A program made the position numbers and the translations under genes. DNA of 63,290 bases, the filler included, from Cercozoa sp. M6MM (lineage: Eukaryota; Protista; Endomyxa: Ascetosporea), in assembly GCA_040357565.1 (NCBI GenBank). It is 9 parts of 9 records of this genome, joined end to end, with 100 filler letters (N's around TTAATTAATTAA, not from the genome) between each part and the next. Parts side by side here need not be neighbours in the genome. Positions count along the whole stretch, not along the records: positions 10,682 to 13,476 come from JBDODJ010001694.1; positions 13,577 to 16,183 come from JBDODJ010001735.1; positions 16,284 to 32,109 come from JBDODJ010000298.1; 6 more parts are not named here. One strand, written 5' to 3'. The notes below the pieces were generated by a model that saw only the letters and a list, made by a program, of their open reading frames with translations, did no database searches and was not told the DNA's origin. Each line of letters starts with the position of its first letter. Position 1 is the first letter of the stretch. Below, piece after piece: positions 13,301 through 25,098 of this stretch.

Positions 13301-13365
13301 CATGTGTATCATAGATTGTCATTGTCCGGTGTGTCGCAGTGTGTATGTATGTATGTATGTATGTA

Positions 13366-13432
<67 letters not shown>

Positions 13433-13576
13433 CATGGTGTGTGTGTGTATGTGTGCGTACGCCATGGTGTGTGTGTNNNNNNNNNNNNNNNNNNNNNNNN
13501 NNNNNNNNNNNNNNNNNNNNTTAATTAATTAANNNNNNNNNNNNNNNNNNNNNNNNNNNNNNNNNNNNNNNNNNNN

Positions 13577-15536
13577 TCCAAAAACACTTCCCGAACGAGT
13601 CGCACCTTGATATCGGCCCTTTCATCTCTGTAGATACGAGAAAAGAAGAGTCACGCACACACAGTAGAAACCAAATGGTATTTATGTGTCAGAAATACAG
13701 AGGACGGTGCAGACCGGCCAGTGCGCGTATCAAACTGCCGGCATGCCGATAGTTTCCGCTGAAGCGACACATAGCCCAGAAATCCCCGCAGAACTCGCGA
13801 CAGCACACCAGCAATCTACGGCACTGCTGCTCAAACACGGTTGCTCAAAATACACACTCACAAATGCAAACATACATACATACATACACATACATACACA
13901 TACATATATACATACATACATACAGACACATACATACACATAAAGGAATAATGCGAATACATGCAGACATACATGTAGACACTCCTACCTCAGCGTCGTC
14001 AATCGAAAGTAAGATCTCAAAGCACTTGATCGCCGCATCTACCGTTAGCCGCAAGAATCACGCATGCATATTGTTTGCACCGGAGATTGTCCATTGAGAT
14101 GATTCTGTGTACTCTCATAGCGTGCCATGTGCAACTGCATCAGCGCTGGTGGCAGCGTGGACAAATCGGTGTGTTCGTGTTGGACGCGCGACATGAGGAT
14201 CCAGCAGTGGTGCACCAGAGGCTGAACTTCCGGTCGTCGCCACAGTGCTTTTAGGTGAGGTTGCGGCGTTACGTCGAAACACAGTGGCATACCCAACACC
14301 AGCAGCAGCGGAATATACCCGATCAACTACAGAAACACAAAAATACAAACACAGACAATGCAACACCCCCTAGTCCATTGTTCTAGGAGGTGAAGTACTT
14401 TGTCAACCGGCCAGTCCAAGATGATGCGAGTACAAGACTCGAGCTGCCACTGTACCGCCAAGGTCGCAGCGCCTTCCTCAGATTGAAGTACGTACGCGAT
14501 CGACGGCAACAGGGACCAAATAACGGCTCCATCGCACTTTTGAAAAATGAGTAAATGGTTCTTCAGTGCCTCCTCGGACGAGTCGGGCACGTTGTAGCGC
14601 AACAAGTTCTGGCGAGTCTCGATACACATAAATTGCAGAAAGAGCCGCGCCGGTGTTGCGATTCTCAGCTCTGCAAGCCACAACAATCAGGAAACGCAAG
14701 AACACACACACACACACACACACACACCCACACACACACACACACAATTGCGCTGTACCGACATATATATATATATATATATTTACCGGACCACTTGATG
14801 GACATTTCATATAACGCTTCCGCCAAGAAGCGACTCCTGTGCGTCTCCTCTACGCCTACGAAGGTACCCTCCAGGAGCAAAATCTCAGCCCGTTCGAACT
14901 CTTCTTCCTTTCTAAACCCGCCGATTTGATCTTCAAGCCATGCAAGCCACCTGTCCCACACAACAATAAGAATAAGGTCGCAGTGCACAAACACCATGAC
15001 AAAATCGAAGTGCACCCCATCTCAACAACTTCATTGTCGCTCCTGGTGCCCTTCATCTATCGCATGCAGTTTGAAATAGTGCACCAAGCGTTAAAGTACT
15101 ATAGCAAAGCGCTCGTCCACTTTTTTAATTTCTTTTTCACGATGTCCTGCTGCCGGCCCGCGTCCGCTTTCTGCACTGCTGAAGAGTGTTTACTCTAAGC
15201 CGCTCGTCGTAGCGCTGACACAAATCGTGACCAAAACAAGATCGATGAAAACGACAACACAGTAGCGCGAGTTGTTGAGTTTCTCTTGTTTCTTCTGCAG
15301 ATGTCGCACGTAGCCCAGTGCGCGTGCGTTCACGCTGTTCAAACAGAACAACAGAACTCAGAAGCACAACGTCTCCCAAGTACTCAAAAGAAAAGCTCAA
15401 CTTACTGCGCCTCTTTTCGGTGAGCCTCCCACTGCGAAGACTCGAACTTCTGCAGCGGTTTTCGCAGAATGGCGTTGGCCCATTCACTCACTTTGTCGGT
15501 CCCCTCAAGCTCTTCGTGCTCCAGTTTCGCTGTCAT
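13577..15536 (-). CDS. Unknown helical protein (3' truncated by the contig end)
   Basis: Splices in frame: MTAKLEHEELEG..., HREKEIKKVDERFAI/MKGTRSDNEVVEM, WLAWLEDQIGGFRKEEEFERAEILLLEG, LRIATPARLFLQFMC. Confidence 0.55.
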
Positions 15537-15921
15537 CTCATCACTTGAGTGCGAAATGCGAGATCTCTTGCGCTTTTTCGCTGGTGAGATTTAAATTTAA
15601 ATTTCAATTACTTGACAGAAGCCTCGCGAGGCGTCAAGACGAGTAAGATTCGAAACTTTGCCATAGCACTGAAGATGTCTTCTTCTTCAACTTTCGGAGC
15701 TCGATAGCGTGATCTCGTCACTGCAGGAACAGCATTCGGTTTCATCTCAACATCGACAGGTTTAGTTAAGAGCGCTTTGGTTGCGAGAAAACGTCGCGAA
15801 ACTGGACTGCGGTATAGTTGGTTTTCAGAGTTGTAGCCAGTTCCAGTGTCTTGTTCGGTGTCGAAATAGACTGATTAAACCGAAACTACCGCCCCGCGTA
15901 TCGCACCGTACTCCCTAGAAT

Positions 15922-16183
15922 TTACTGGTTCCACTGTCCGTCGAACGAGGCGAATCCAGTCATTTGGAAGATGCTGCGGGCACAGGTTCGATACAAACAG
16001 CAACAGCGACAGCAACAGCAACAAACAGACAGACAGACAGACAGGCAGCCAGACAGACAGACAGACAGAGAGGACAAAACTACGGGTAGAAGGGCTTCTT
16101 GGACAGGTTCTCGCACCAGTTCCACGCACTGGTCAGACGACCGTCGATGCAGCTGCCGGCGTCGAAAAAGTTCGTCGCTACGG
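15922..16183 (-). CDS. DUF2009/UPF0652 family protein, last two exons
   Basis: NFFDAGSCIDGRLTSAWNWCENLSKKPFYP/IFQMTGFASFDGQWNQ*, the conserved C-terminus of this family; the intron contains (CTGT)n. Confidence 0.85.
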
Positions 16184-16339
16184 NNNNNNNNNNNNNNNNN
16201 NNNNNNNNNNNNNNNNNNNNNNNNNNNTTAATTAATTAANNNNNNNNNNNNNNNNNNNNNNNNNNNNNNNNNNNNNNNNNNNNGGGTAAAGGGTAAAGAG
16301 GGTAAAGGGTAAAGAGGGTAAAGGGTAAAGGGGTAAAGG

Positions 16340-17481
16340 GGCCAAGAGGGTAAAGCACGGACCAAGACGAGGAGCTCGTCGTTTCGCGTTACGGTTTCGA
16401 CGACGCGCGCGATGGCCGCATCATCGCGAGTCAGCTCATGCAGCACGACACTGATGTCGAGACGGTCTCTGGCCGGACAGACACCGTGGAACAGCAGGGC
16501 GATCACACCGGCGACGGTGTCTGTGACGGTGTCTGCGACGGTGTCTGTAGCCACTGCAGGTGCAGCAACAGTCACGTGCAGGTCGGTGGCATGCAGCACA
16601 CGTGCCACCTTGACCAGCACAAAGACTACACGATCATTCGGTTGTTGCAATTGATCTGCACCGTCGCACTGCCGGAGAAACGCAGTCAGCAGGAGTGACC
16701 ACCGATCAGAGTCGAAGTCACCGTCATGCAGTGCGATCAGCAGCGCGTCCAGCACGACTACGACGGTCTCCACGAGCTCCGCGAACACCGCACGGTGCCG
16801 CAGTGCCGCCTGCATCAGCACTGCCAGCAACGACGGTGTCACACGCGTCGAGTCACCGTCGACACCGTCGAGGTCCTGCAGCTGCCACAGGCACTGCTGA
16901 AGCAGCTTCAACTCTAGCGTCGACCTGTCCATCCTACACAGTGCACACTCGCCTTATTCACACATATCTCCACGTACGAGAGGACGGCGACAATCGACAA
17001 CGTACATACTGTCATTGGCATCTTCTGCGATGCACGCGACTCGCTGAACAAGCCAGCGCACGTCGTGCGCTTCCAACTGCACAGCCACCTCAAGACACCT
17101 TCTTCGCGCGTGCTGATACGACATATCACTGTAACCAGAGCTGTGTTACTACCGATTTACACGCATTATTAGGCCAAACACCAGCTATACCGTCGTCTTA
17201 AATACTGTCCTCAATTTTAAGGGAACCGAGCTTTGCTTAAATGATGTCAGAAGTTGCTAGGATCTCAGTAAAAAACATGCCCAAGCCAACGCGCTCGTTT
17301 TGTTGTAAATCTGTTGACATTGGCCCATGGCACGGGTTTTCACGACTAAATTAGCAAAATGAATGCTGCGTTTCTTCAGCCTGTAGCTAACTGCGAGCTG
17401 ATTCCATTCAACTATCAAACCCACATTTCGCCTTTTACTAGATGTGGCTGTGGCTGGGATCGCTGACGCTCGCTCTTCCAT
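16340..17481 (-). CDS. Unknown Leu-rich, helical-repeat-like protein (3' truncated)
   Basis: MEERASAIPAT... plus a 200-aa Leu/Val-rich exon; GT-AG borders. Confidence 0.5.
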
Positions 17482-18248
17482 TGCGAATTTGTGCGGTTCC
17501 GTCGGGACTTCCCCTGTTTTTTTGTTTCTTTTGTTTTGCTTTGAACTCAAGGACATTCGCGAGCCTCTGTAGCTGAGACGGCTATTCACAAGCATCAAGC
17601 ACGCATGTGATTCCTAAAGCACGTTCAAACCTGCTCCCCAGACTGATTCGGTGGCGGGAGCGCCGGGTACTTTACTTCGTCAATCATACTGTATGTACCA
17701 ATGGTACGACTCGTGAGAAGATCGAAAAACCCCTTCTCTCTACAGCAGCCAATGCTTACTTGTAGAGGTGGATATCAGTACAACTGCAGAGCAACTGACC
17801 AGCTGATGCCAAGTAGATGAGGTTTTCTCTTTGCCAACTGGCAGGCTCAATTCACAGCACAGGCTTTCAGACAGGTCCAGCCACAGCTCTATAGGCAGTA
17901 GTATCGCAGAGCTACAAACTCTTCACTCTTTTTTCTCTTTTGATTCAATGATGGGAGACCAGCATAATCTGAGTCAGTCTGTAACAATCATGCACGGCCC
18001 AGAGCACACATGGTCAGTTTACAGCCTGGAGGGACTACCCGTACTCACGTCACGTCAAGTCCGGTCCGATGTAAATTACAACTGAAGTGAGTACGGTGTC
18101 AAGCTATCGCAGCCAACACACACGAACCTCGCCGAGGCGGTAGGAAAGGCTTCACGACGTTTAAACAATGAGTGGTGCTATTAAAACAGTAAATGGCTCG
18201 CTCACGCCGACGGGCAGCGCTACTTTTGTGCGCCGCACGAAACCATGA

Positions 18249-19391
18249 TCAGCTACGCGCCGGGTAGTCGCCTTCGATCGCAATAATGTACGAGACGCCA
18301 AGAGAAGGTTGGTGTTTGTGCACGGTGAGTGTGCCGGTTGCTGTCAACTCTACGGGCACCTACGAAAAGTGAAGTTCTCTTTTGCTGTAGATATGACTGA
18401 TTTGGATTATCGATGTAAGTGTACAACACCTGTACTGTCGTGGGAGCACCGGCACCGGAGCTAGGAGTGACACCGGGGAACGTGTTAAGGTCCATCTCTT
18501 GGACACCCACAGCGTCAGCACTAAATACAACAACAACAATGTGTTATCTGTCAAAGGCTAAATGCTGTATCGTACGGGTCGGAGAAGCTGAGACCTGCAT
18601 CGAGCAAAATTCGACCTGGCGAAAAATTGCCTGCTCATCATTATCATTTGTTTTTAGCTCAAGTTTTAGCCTCGCATGATATACCTGTAAAATAAAATAA
18701 CTCCCATGTATACATGTAAAATACAGTTTATTTCAATTTCCAATCACCACAACAGGAGCAGAAAGAAACAATAATGTCAGGACAGTAAGATTACTTTGCG
18801 GGTTAGTGCTGGCTCCGGCAAACTCTACCTGCGGCGTGAACGACGGAACAGCCGTGGCGGGGATGTCAATATCCAGCATTTGGTTCGAGCTAACTTCCAC
18901 GTCGTACGACCATTGCTCAACCCCAAACTGGAATCCAAGTGGTACAGCTAGGGAAAATAAACGATTTAGATCATAGCACATATAAGTTTACTCCCCTACT
19001 GTTTGAGCGTGCTTCAAGTTTGGGGCCTTACAGTTGAACTTACTGGAGAGTCCAGGACCTGTCCCCGCGCCGACGGGTACGCGGGAGCGAAGGTCTGGCA
19101 GTCGAAAAGTGGTAATTCCATTGCCGCCATACGCTGTGCCGATGACGCTCAAGAGTGCCTAGGCATCCGGGAGAAACAACTACTGTAAACTTACTTTTTC
19201 TCAGCGAGCGACTGAAATTTACAGAAACGACGTACCGGATATGCACTGGCTGCTAAGGTCTGCCCATTGCAGAATGCGTATCCGGCTGGTGCGTAGTTTC
19301 CAGCAAACAGCTTAATTTCTCCCTAGAGCAAGGAATGAACACAGATAGTCTGGGAGAACAGTTGCAGAGTACGACTCACAATAAAGGGCAT
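18249..19391 (-). CDS. Phage tail-collar domain protein (MdpB / 'microcystin-dependent protein'-like), 7 exons, 207 aa
   Basis: Exons 19391-19380, 19322-19236, 19158-19044, 18947-18795, 18630-18576, 18520-18430 and 18359-18249 join in frame across six GT-AG introns: MPFIGEIKLFAGNYAPAGYAFCNGQTLAASAYPALLSVIGTAYGGNGITTFRLPDLRSRVPVGAGTGPGLS...HKHQPSLGVSYIIAIEGDYPARS*. Both the N-terminal collar and the C-terminal QP.L..YIIA.EG..P motif match the bacterial family. Confidence 0.92.
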
Positions 19392-20249
19392 GCTGGATTC
19401 AGGTGACGTTGGGAACAGTGATGGAAGCAACAGTGGCTTGTCTGGATTTCATGCAAGCACAGCAAGGAAGTGGCAACGGTACCAAAGCAAAGCAGAGGAG
19501 TGATTGGGTCGTTGATCGATCATGGCACGTAGATCGATCAAACCGCCAACAGTGGCGTTTCAGCTGTTGCCATGTCGGCCCTTTGGGTGTGACAAATTCC
19601 GATTCTTGGGAGTAACTTATGCATGAGTGAGAACTTCGGGTACAGCACACTCATTCAGTTTAACTTGTTGATTTTAAGCTAAATTTATTATTTGCAACTG
19701 ACGGAAGAAACTGCATCAGTTCCAGGCAGCTCGCCTACGATGTCTTGAAACGCGATTCCGGTTCAATTGTTATTCATAACAAATTGACGAAACGGAGAGA
19801 CGTGGCATTGCTCCAGACACATGCCACCGACCATTCGATAGTGGGTCTCATCCAATTTCCAACCGTCACATTCACGCGTCGTGGACAACTTGCTAAGCTG
19901 AGCCACGTGCGGATGCTACAACACGCCCTCGAAGGCATCACTGAAGCACCGGCGCATGACTTCTCATTTAGTTTTTTCCACTGACAACCGTCAGTCGAGT
20001 AACGCATTCTTAAAAGACTGAACTAAGTTTTACTAACTAAACAAAACCGCAGCAAAAAGCTAACAGGGGAGCACTCGCCGCGCCGTATAGCCAGTTGTAT
20101 CTCGCATCGCGCGGCCTCGTGCTTTTGGAGCCTCGAACCTTTTCGAGAGCAGTGACGTGCAAAACAGCGAGCCGGCAGAGGATGTGAAAATACGCGCTCG
20201 TGGCAGCGCGACGAGCGTCCTCGGTCGCAAACGTCAACGTGCAGCCTGG

Positions 20250-21260
20250 GTGCAAATTCCATGCCGTTGCGTTTTGCCCAGGTGGTGGCCGTGTCCAAGA
20301 GGCGCTTACAAGCTTCCTGCATGTCTGATCTCTTGTTGTCCTTACTATGACGTATGAGTCATCGGCGTATCCGACACTGTGTGCAGTCTACTGCTCCTTT
20401 AATTTTATAACTATGGGGGTGTCGTTTCATGTGTTCTCCTGTTCTTTGCAGTTGTGTGTGCATGTCATCGAGGAAGGTCTTTGCGAGTAGAGGGCTGCAG
20501 ATGGCCCCTTGGGGAGTGCTGCCGTTGACTTGTTTGTCTGTCGATTCGGTGTCGTTTCTTCTCGCCGAGATGGTTCTGTCTGAGAGGAAGGACTCCATGA
20601 GTAGCAGTTCTTTGCCATTCACATGTTTAGACAGGGCAATGATTGCGCCCTCTTTGTGGAGCTTGTCGAAGAAGCCTTTGATGTCAGACTAAATTATGAC
20701 TGTCATGTACTCCCTGCTCTCTTTGCCATTTCTGTCTGTTGTTGTAAGTAAGCCAGTGTGTCCAGCGTTGACATGTGTTGTTTCCACCCAGATTGGTACT
20801 TGGATACACACTGTGTGTTCATTTGTTGGGATGCTCTCTCGTTCATAAGTTTGTCCAGTAGCTTGCCGAAGCACGGCAGCAGGGAGATGGCGGTAGGAAG
20901 CTGCTTTTGTATAGTCCTTGCCAGGCTTGGGTAGCATCACTAAGTTTATATTTGCATGTTTCCATGCCTTCGGGAAGTACCCATGTGTGAGACAGGCATT
21001 GTAGACCTTCAGTAGCAGTTGTTTGGCCTCATCTGGTTGGTGTATGGTGGTTCATGATTTTGTCTCTCCTTGAACGGCGGAAGAGTGTTGTCGCGTGAGA
21101 CGCGATGCCTTAGGTGAATTAAGTTCGCACGTGTGATCGATCCTACCAGTATCTGGCCGTACGCTGATGTATGTGTACACTTCGTTGCAGTGTTTGAACA
21201 TTGCAGCTTCCAGTTCGTCCATTGTCCATAGTTCTGTGTGGACTTTGCCGGACATCGTAT
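20250..21260 (-). mobile_element. Degenerate non-LTR retrotransposon (LINE) reverse transcriptase, frameshifted
   Basis: WTMDELEAAM; YNACLTHGYFPKAWKHA..MLPKPGKDYTKAASYR/ISLLPCFGKLLDK; DIKGFFD; TPQGAICSPLL; YADD; WAKRNGMEFAP. Several frameshifts, no introns. Confidence 0.88.
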
Positions 21261-21706
21261 GCTTAAGTGAAACCAGACACAACAACCCACGCAAAGACTA
21301 AACGAATACACATTGGTCGCCTCCATCACGCCAAAACCAGCACTGATACACACTGTTGGGAAGGCACACTCATATACAGCAAGCACAAAGCACTGATACT
21401 CACTGTTGGTGTCTGGAACCCAGCGACATCCTCGTACACCCACCTAGAGTGGGACAACATAAGAGAATGAGATTCCATCTATGGTACGCTTACATCCACC
21501 CAACCGACAGAAACTGCAAGGAACAAATGCAGCAACTGGCAACTGACTTCAAGGAATCTGCTTGAGATGTTGTTCCCGGACCATCATGCGAGTAGCGTAC
21601 TGCGTTACAAGCGATAACGTTGCCGTCTCTACGCTATCGTATGGAGGGTGCTATGGTGCCTATGGTGCCTAGGTGCCTACGTCCAAAGCGTACTACATTG
21701 GGACGA

Positions 21707-22396
21707 TCAATCGCTGGATAGATTAGTTTTCTCATCGGCGCCGCTCGTGTTCGACTCGGTGTTGCCCGTGCTTTCAGCGGTAGCAGAAGTGGCTTCGTTC
21801 TGCGCTTGCTTGAGCACGTCCGGCACAACGGCGTCCTTGAGCGGTCGCAGCGTTTCCTTGTCGCTCTTCTTCTGCTGCCTGTGATAAGGCACTAATAAGC
21901 ACACCGACACATCCTAAACGGGCATACCGCTTCTTTTGCTGTCGCGCCTTCTTCTTTCGGCGCTTTTCGGCTCTGTTCTTTCATGGCAAGGAATCACGCC
22001 CCCACACACGATTCGAAGGAATGAACGGAGAATATAAGTGGGAATAAGGGCACCTCTTGGCTCGCTTGGCATCCTCAACCGCGTCGAGTGCCTTCTGCTT
22101 CTTCTCGAACTCCTCGCGGTTCTTCTGCTTCTTTTCGGCCATGGCAAACGCTGCTTCACTGCGCACGCGCGCAGAAACCGCCTTCTTTCAATCACAGAAA
22201 AAGAGAAACTGGCGAACCGCTCGAGATTCAGGCGACGGTTTGAGCGAAACACGTCGTACGTCGACGTGTTGGCACCTGCCGTCGAGCCATAGTTTTTACC
22301 CTTAGGCATGTACGTGTCGGCGCCCGACTGTACTTGTTTCAGCCGTGGAGCCACCGCCAGAACGCACACAACTGATCACAAAACTAAATTTACCAT
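21707..22396 (-). CDS. PRKRIP1: PRKR-interacting protein 1 (DUF1168) homolog
   Basis: M/SGADTYMPKGKNYGSTAGANTSTYDVFRSNRRLNLER, then EEFEKKQK...AKRAKR/AEKRRKKKARQQKK; the first exon is the ATG alone. Confidence 0.75.
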
Positions 22397-22605
22397 GTCG
22401 GTAAACAAGTCAAAGTCGCGCTGCCTATCCGCCATCTCAGTGCTGTCTTGCTCTAATCTGACTCTGTTGAAGCGCTTGTATGGAGGTCAGATGGCCGTGG
22501 AAACTCAGAGTATCGAGGAGCGCCACCTTATTTTATACTGGCTCTTTTCGAGCGATCTTCTAAAATCATCTAAACTGTGCATCTGCGTGTTGATACACGC
22601 ACGGC

Positions 22606-24508
22606 ATGATGAGCGAGCCCGGCCCTCCTTTCGCTGACGCCGTGCGTGTGGTCTGGCCCGAGGAATCTGTTTCATTTGAAGGTGGCCATCCCAATGTGAC
22701 TTGTCGACTTCTGGGTGGAGGCTACAGCAAGTAAGTCTCGATCCCGCATGTTATAGTGACACCGTATTTCGACCACTTGCAGTCGTGTCTACGTGTGTGA
22801 GAATCCTCGAGGCGAGCCCATGAAGATTATTCTGCGTGTGTTTGGCCGAGCACACACTGCTGAAAGGTGGGTGTCAGTCTCTTGCCCCACTCTTGAACTA
22901 ACGCGTGTTGCTCCTTCACTTTGTTGTTGTTGTTTCAGAACGGAAATTCCGCTGGGTCCGGCGAAACACATTGTCGATTTCGAGAAGGAGCAGTCCAACG
23001 TACTACCTTGATACAACCCGGTCGCCGCCTTGCCTTGCGCTTTGCATGCATGTGTTTTCATGGTACAGTTCGTGGCCTTGGCTTCGAAAGGCCTTGCGCC
23101 AAAGTGTACCCTTTGGCCTGTGTTTGTGTATGTATCCAACATGGTGTAATCAAGTTAATTGTGCAGTGTACGGCAGCTTGTCCAATGGGCGTATCGAGGA
23201 GTTCTGGGAGGGCTCGACACTGGAGTTTTCGGAGATGACTGATGCCAAGACGATTGAGGTGTCCCCTCTTCTGTCTGTGTGTGTGTGTCTGTGTCTGTGT
23301 CTGTGTCTGTATCTGTGTCTGTGGTTATTGTTATTGTTGTTGTTATTGTTATCTCTACTGCAGGGCGTGATGAGGTGCCTGGTGCGACTGCACAGGCAGG
23401 GTCCAACGCAACAGCAGAGCGATGCCTTTGCGTCGCTGGAGAAACTGATGCTGAGGTGGCTCGCCATGTCGACTCGCAGGGTAGGACTTTATGCTGTATC
23501 CATCTGTATATATGTACGTATGTATTTGCCTGTATATATAGATTTAATTTATTTATTTATGTGTCTAAAGTCTGTGTATGTGTGTATGCATGTATGTGTA
23601 ACATATATATATATATATATATATATATTTGTATATATGTATATATATATATATATATATGTATATGTGAATGTATTACATAAGTGTATCTGTTGTGTGT
23701 ACACAGTGTGAGATACTCAAGGAAGGTAGCGCCGTGTGTCGCGAGTTGGCGACGGCGCCGTGGGCGCAGTACGTGCGTCTGCTGCTGGAGCGACTGCGCG
23801 CACAGGTGCAGTACACGCGTCCAGTGTTTGCCCACATGGACCTCAACTGCGGCAACATTGTGCGACTCGATTCGCGTGCCGCCGTTGGCCACGATGGTGG
23901 TACCGGCAGTAACAGCAAGGACACGCACCGACTGCTAGACTTCGAGTTTTCCATGACGGCCTGTGCCGCACTTGACCTGGCCAACTACGCCTGCGAGATC
24001 GCTATCGGTACGCGCCATATGTTGTGTCTGACTGTACCACACTATGTACTACATAAAATACTTGAACTGAGCAGACAACGAAGCTTGTGGCAAGGTGTGT
24101 CACGACATCGACAAGATCGTGCCGGTGGTGACACGTGCCTACGTGCGTGCCCTTGGCAAGCACGCCTCCTCCTGCTGCAGCGACACCTGCAGCAGCAGTC
24201 TCGACACCTTCAGTCACTGCAGCAGCAGCAGCAACACTGGCGAGTGCCACTACGACGCAACCGTGCTGCAGCGCGACGTGCAGCTTTGCGTGCCGGCGTC
24301 GCACCTGCTGTGGGCACTCTGGTCGCTCCTGCACTGCCGCGGCGATGAGTCCGGCCACTCGCAGACGGTATACTCAGTAGAAAACAACTCGAACTGGCAT
24401 ATTAATAGATGTGTCTCCCCTCTATCTGATTGTCTCCTCCAGTGGTGCTACGCCAAGTACGCCAAGACGCGTCTCGATCTGTTCCGCTCCGCCATGTTCA
24501 TCGAGTAG
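22606..24508 (+). CDS. Choline/ethanolamine kinase
   Basis: GGGYSN/RVY, KIILRVFG, NGRIEEFWEG, VFAHMDLNCGNI (Brenner motif), LLDFEFS...DLANYACE, SHLLWALWSL, YAKTRL. Confidence 0.88.
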
Positions 24509-25098
24509 TTTCCAGGAATTGAGCTCGCCTGCTTTCGCGTCAGGCTTGCATTGCATTGATATTATGACTGAAGCGAAGTATATCTACGTTATTAGTTGTT
24601 CAGTTCCCCTGTACCAGTCCTGGCGTGTCACAAGCCGAGCAACATTGGGACGCACAAAGCAGCTACAGTCAGTACTAACAACTCTCTATTGCAGACAAAT
24701 TTGGGAATATCTAACAGTGTCGAGAACAGTGCCACTTCACAACTATTAAGACTTGCAATGGCAAAACGGACGGCAACTAACCGTTAGTTTAGCCGTGCAA
24801 AATGTTCAGTTTTAGCAGATTCGAGTTTCAGGTTTTTCCGTATTTTTGCATCAGCGAGGACGCGATAAAACTGGCACTGACTAGTATCATTCGTCGAGAG
24901 CTTTGATACAGCAGGTGATGGACAAACGGCCTTTAATTGACATTGATGGCCTTGTTGGTGACAGCGTCGTCGGTCGCGATCCTGTCATCTACCGAAGTAG
25001 TCGCGACAGTCATGGAAAAATCCTTCGCCCGAGTTTGTTTGCAACCCCCGTATTTCTCAGTTACAGTTGCCTTCTACACTTTGCTTCAATCTCTTGAG

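Noticed and set aside
13304-13532. ORFs such as VCVCVC, HTHTHT and YIYIYI throughout the ORF track
   Set aside because: Translations of intronic (TG)n and (TA)n microsatellites.
17600-18100. Possible C/D-box snoRNAs (ATGATG...CTGA)
   Set aside because: Boxes are imperfect, spacing is short, and I see no terminal stem or recognisable rRNA guide.
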